A DNA stretch of 64,000 nucleotides, from the NCBI RefSeq assembly GCF_006345805.1, contig NC_043005.1, forward strand, positions 3,286,001 to 3,350,000, written 5' to 3'. Under the pieces are notes generated by a model, which was given only the letters and a program-made list of their open reading frames with translations, had not been told where the DNA came from and searched no databases. The stretch comes from Octopus sinensis (Eukaryota). Of this stretch, positions 60,682 through 64,000 are shown in pieces (positions within the stretch are counted from its first letter, which is position 1; every line of letters starts with the position of its first letter). Position numbers and translations under genes: made by a program.

Positions 60682-60979
60682 TACACCTGATTTTCTCCCC
60701 TCCATACACACGCAAGCATGTATCTGACTCATACATTGTTTGCTTTCCAGACATTTCTACATTACTGCATACACTTTATACGCACTTTCTGACAAGTTGT
60801 GGTGCACCTGAGCACTGTATACAATAATTTCATTATTATTATTATTTTTTAATCATTGTTATATGTTTTATCTTATATGTAATTTTTCTATAATATGTAA
60901 TTTTTCTAAATGGTATAATTTAATTTTTCATCATTGAATTGATAAAAGGTGGGGTTTTTTCCTAATTTATATATATATA

Positions 60980-61650
60980 CATATATATTATATTTTGTGA
61001 AATTTGATTTAGTTTTTCTAAATTGAATTTTCCCCTGTAAGTTTGGAATAATATTCCCTCAAATATATATATACATATGTATATATATATATTCTGTTGT
61101 GTCTGGGGAGAGCCATTTTCTTTTTGTGCCTTGTAATGTAACACTCACCAGTAAAATTTCCACTTATTTCATATTTCCCTAAAATTTTCGTTGCGTCTTG
61201 CAAACTTTTCATGTCTTGACTCGGTCCCTTATTTACACTGCGTTCCCTTTTGTTTGTTTGTTTGTTTGTGTGTCTGTGCCTATGCATGCATGTACATATG
61301 TGTGTGTGTGCATTTGTATGTATGTATTCTGCATATTCATGTACTTGCGTGTTTGTGTATTTTCTATGTATCTGTGTGTGTGAGCGTGTGTTTGTATATG
61401 TGTGCACCTCTGTCCCCTTGTGTGTGTGTTATGCATCTATGTACCCTGTTTGTATGGATGGATGTGCATCTCTGTATGTGTGAACCCGTGTCCCCATATC
61501 TGTCCTTGTGTGGAGCAAAGTGTGTGTGTATCTATGGTCATGTGTTTCAGTCTCCATTTGCGTGTGTCTGTTCTTGTGTTCATTTCTTTATTTTCATGTC
61601 CATATGCTTACATAAAAAAAAAACCTGCATACACACACACACACTCACAT
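60980..61650. repeat. TA/TG-rich low-complexity tract
   Basis: Direct observation. Confidence 0.8.
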
Positions 61651-62358
61651 GGTATGAAATTAACGAAAGACGACTAAAATATTCTCTATAGCTTCTTAAA
61701 CGATCTGCTGGAGTCTCTCTTTCTCATATATTTAATCACCATGCAGTGAAAGAGGAGAAATTCTTGAACATTACTCATTCTACCCCATTTTAGCCTCTCC
61801 TTTTTTGAATTTTTGGAAATTATCAAATTAGATTTTAGTGTGGGGAAAAAATTGATTTAGAATCCAAAGAAAAGAATATTTAAACACCAAAAATTATCCA
61901 GATATTCTATCAGCACTCTCAATAACAACTGGGTCAAAGTGGAAGAATTTCTTGAAAAAAAAGTACTTGTCACCCGCTTAAAAAGATCTGGAGCACTTTT
62001 TAATCAAACTATTTCGCAAAATGGTGTTTTTGTAAATCCACCATCTTTCCCTCTTCGGACCGATTATGTGGGCACAACACACTTAAAAACCTTTTCACAA
62101 AAAAGAAGTACATATTTTCAGTCGAAAAGATGTGATTTAAGGGACATTTTGGCTGTTGTTTCTAGCATAGAAGGTTTTAAGAGATAAAAATTGTAACTTT
62201 TCAAGAAAATTTAGATAGCATGAACCAATTTATGCTATTAATGAGGAGAAAATGTTCGTTTCTAATCTAGGTACAAGGCCTGATGTTTTGGGGGAGACTC
62301 AATACGTAACTGGTACTTACTTTATCGATCCTGAAAGGATGAAAGACAAACTAAATAC

Positions 62359-62574
62359 TTGTTTCTTTACTACCCACAAAGGGCTAAACACAGAGAGGAC
62401 AGACAAACGGTCGATTACATCGACCCCAGTGCGTAACTGGTACTTAATTTATCGACCCCGAAAGGATGAAAGGCAAAGTCAACCTCAGCGGAATTTGAAC
62501 TCACAACGTAACGGCAGCCGAAATACCGCTAAGCATTTCACCCAGCATGCTAACGTTTCTGCCAGCTCGCCACC
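62359..62574 (-). mobile_element. SINE family B, full length, Tx1-like tail
   Basis: GGTGGCGAGCTGGCAGAAACGTTAGC head. Tail TGTCCTCTCTGTGTTTAGCCCTTTGTGGGTAGTAAAGAAACA. Confidence 0.88.
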
Positions 62575-63951
62575 CTAATAGGGAGAAAATATTGAAAGAC
62601 ATTTGTTGGAGTGAGAAAGAAACAAGGTGGTCATGGGATATGCTAGAAACAACAGCCAAATCTCCCTTCAATCAAATTCTTTTTTACCGAAAAGGCTTGT
62701 AGTTTTTCTGGAGCATAGTGCCACCAAAATCGATCCGGAGAGAGTAAGAGTTTTTTTTAAACCTTCGACTTTTATCTTTGTTAGAAAGATTCTTTAGATT
62801 ATTTCCAAGGGCATCGTGAAAAAAAATCTGGAAACTCCCCGTCAAAAGAGAGTAATTGCAACTGATGTGGGCGATCTTATCCCTGACGTCCGCCCCCGTG
62901 TGTGCCCTACATACACCCACCTCATGACAAATGGTTTACGTTCCCGTAACCTAGCAGTTCGGCAAGAGACTGACAAAGTACCAGCCTTAAAGTCTTGGAG
63001 TTTATTTGTTCGACTGAACCAAAGCAGTTTAATGCCAGAACGAGTAAAGGATAAAATCGTGAAATATATAATGAAAGGAGTTTAATTACCGGGCTTTCGG
63101 ACCAGGAGGCCCACATAAGTGGAATTTACTTAGTTTTGGCGGATTTTTTTTTATTTTTCAAGGCGTTCGAAATTATGGGAGGTGGGCATTATCTTATGAA
63201 TTAACTTTTTTACCCACCGGAGCAATTTTGGAAGACTTCCTCTTGACAAATTATATTTTTGCCAAAAAAAAACCCGTTTGCGGATGCGGAGATTCCGGAA
63301 AATTGTCCCCACCCACAATATCTTCATTTGACTTTTTTTCCCTAACCCTAAGCAAACATTTTTGAAAACGTTTTTCAGAATCTCCGTGTTTTGCAGCACA
63401 TTTTGAAAAAAAAATTTCTTAAAATGAAGAAATCAGGGGGTAATTTCAAAAATGCTGATCTCCGCAGCCGAAAACGTAAAAAAAACTTTTTAAGAGGGGG
63501 TTTTTTGGTGGGTACAAAAGGAAGTCTTGTAATTTTACCAATATTCTTGCCACGACGCACTTATGAACAATGGAAAAAACCTTAGACGAAAAGGTAATTT
63601 CAGGGAGATCTTGGCTGTTGCTACCAGCACCTTCCATGACCACATACCGTGTTTCTTTGACACCGACATGCATTTCAGTACCTGATCCCATAAACACACT
63701 TCACACAATTAAAAACTTGGCTTTCCCTTATTACCTCTCAACGAACTGTCATCCGTATCTTTTCTTTATTTACATTTCTTTCTTACTTTTACTGTGAAAG
63801 AGGAGAAAGTTTAAGACACGAACGTGCATATGAAATGGATGCGGGGGAGAAAGAGACAGAGTTCCACTCGTTACGCCAAGAACATACGTTCACTCTCACA
63901 TTAAAGAATCGCAAACAAAGTCGACAAGAAGACTATTTGTAGAAAATAAGG

Positions 63952-63967
63952 GGCCCTGAAAAGGGCC
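63952..63967 (-). promoter_or_regulatory. Histone 3' stem-loop of an H2A gene lying just beyond the window
   Basis: 63667-64000 duplicates 51200-51543, the 3' flank and UTR of H2A copy 3. Confidence 0.9.
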
Positions 63968-64000
63968 GTTGGATTAAGCCAAGCACAATCACCGAAAGCG

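Larger units (their letters stand above)
58972..60845 (+). mobile_element. 5'-truncated CR1 LINE (58972-59402 and 60682-60845), split by mariner
   Basis: VRPHLEFASPVWNPYLAQDINRLEAVQRRATK…FRKHFFTLRVAEAWNKLP. The 3' UTR resumes after the mariner and ends in (ATT)n. Confidence 0.88.
58705..60975. repeat. AT-rich palindromic element interrupted by CR1 + mariner
   Basis: 58705-58840 is the reverse complement of 60848-60975. Internal ~100-bp palindrome 58830-58929. Confidence 0.8.

Overview
Eukaryotic, AT-rich, microsatellite- and SINE-dense DNA. The SINE types and repeat landscape suggest a cephalopod (octopus-like) genome, which is my inference. About 13.5-64 kb is a replication-dependent core-histone cluster built from divergently transcribed doublets in mixed orientation: three H3/H4 pairs and three H2A/H2B pairs, plus a 3' remnant of H2B and the 3' end of a further H2A at the window edge. 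No H1 was seen. Every gene ends in the 16-nt histone stem-loop. Three H2A/H2B copies carry single-base deletions in short homopolymers (pseudogenes or assembly errors). Mobile DNA: a near-complete CR1-group LINE (0.2-3.8 kb), a full-length Tx1-type (L1 clade) LINE with a 14-bp target-site duplication (20.0-25.1 kb), a second decayed Tx1, CRE-like and CR1 3' fragments, a mariner, a Tc1 fragment, an 8-bp-TSD MITE family and two tRNA-derived SINE families. There is also a 28S rRNA fragment. Most interesting: (i) the Tx1 LINE, two short TSD-flanked inserts and one SINE family share a ~50-nt 3' terminus with a co-varying hairpin, suggesting a Tx1-SINE partnership; (ii) several hammerhead-ribozyme-like cores, two of them back-to-back in a perfect 163-bp palindrome; (iii) histone spacers filled with fold-back modules built on a recurring GCTAGAAATAACAGCCAAAT motif. 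All alignments and counts were done by eye, and repeat boundaries are approximate to a few bases unless a TSD is given.
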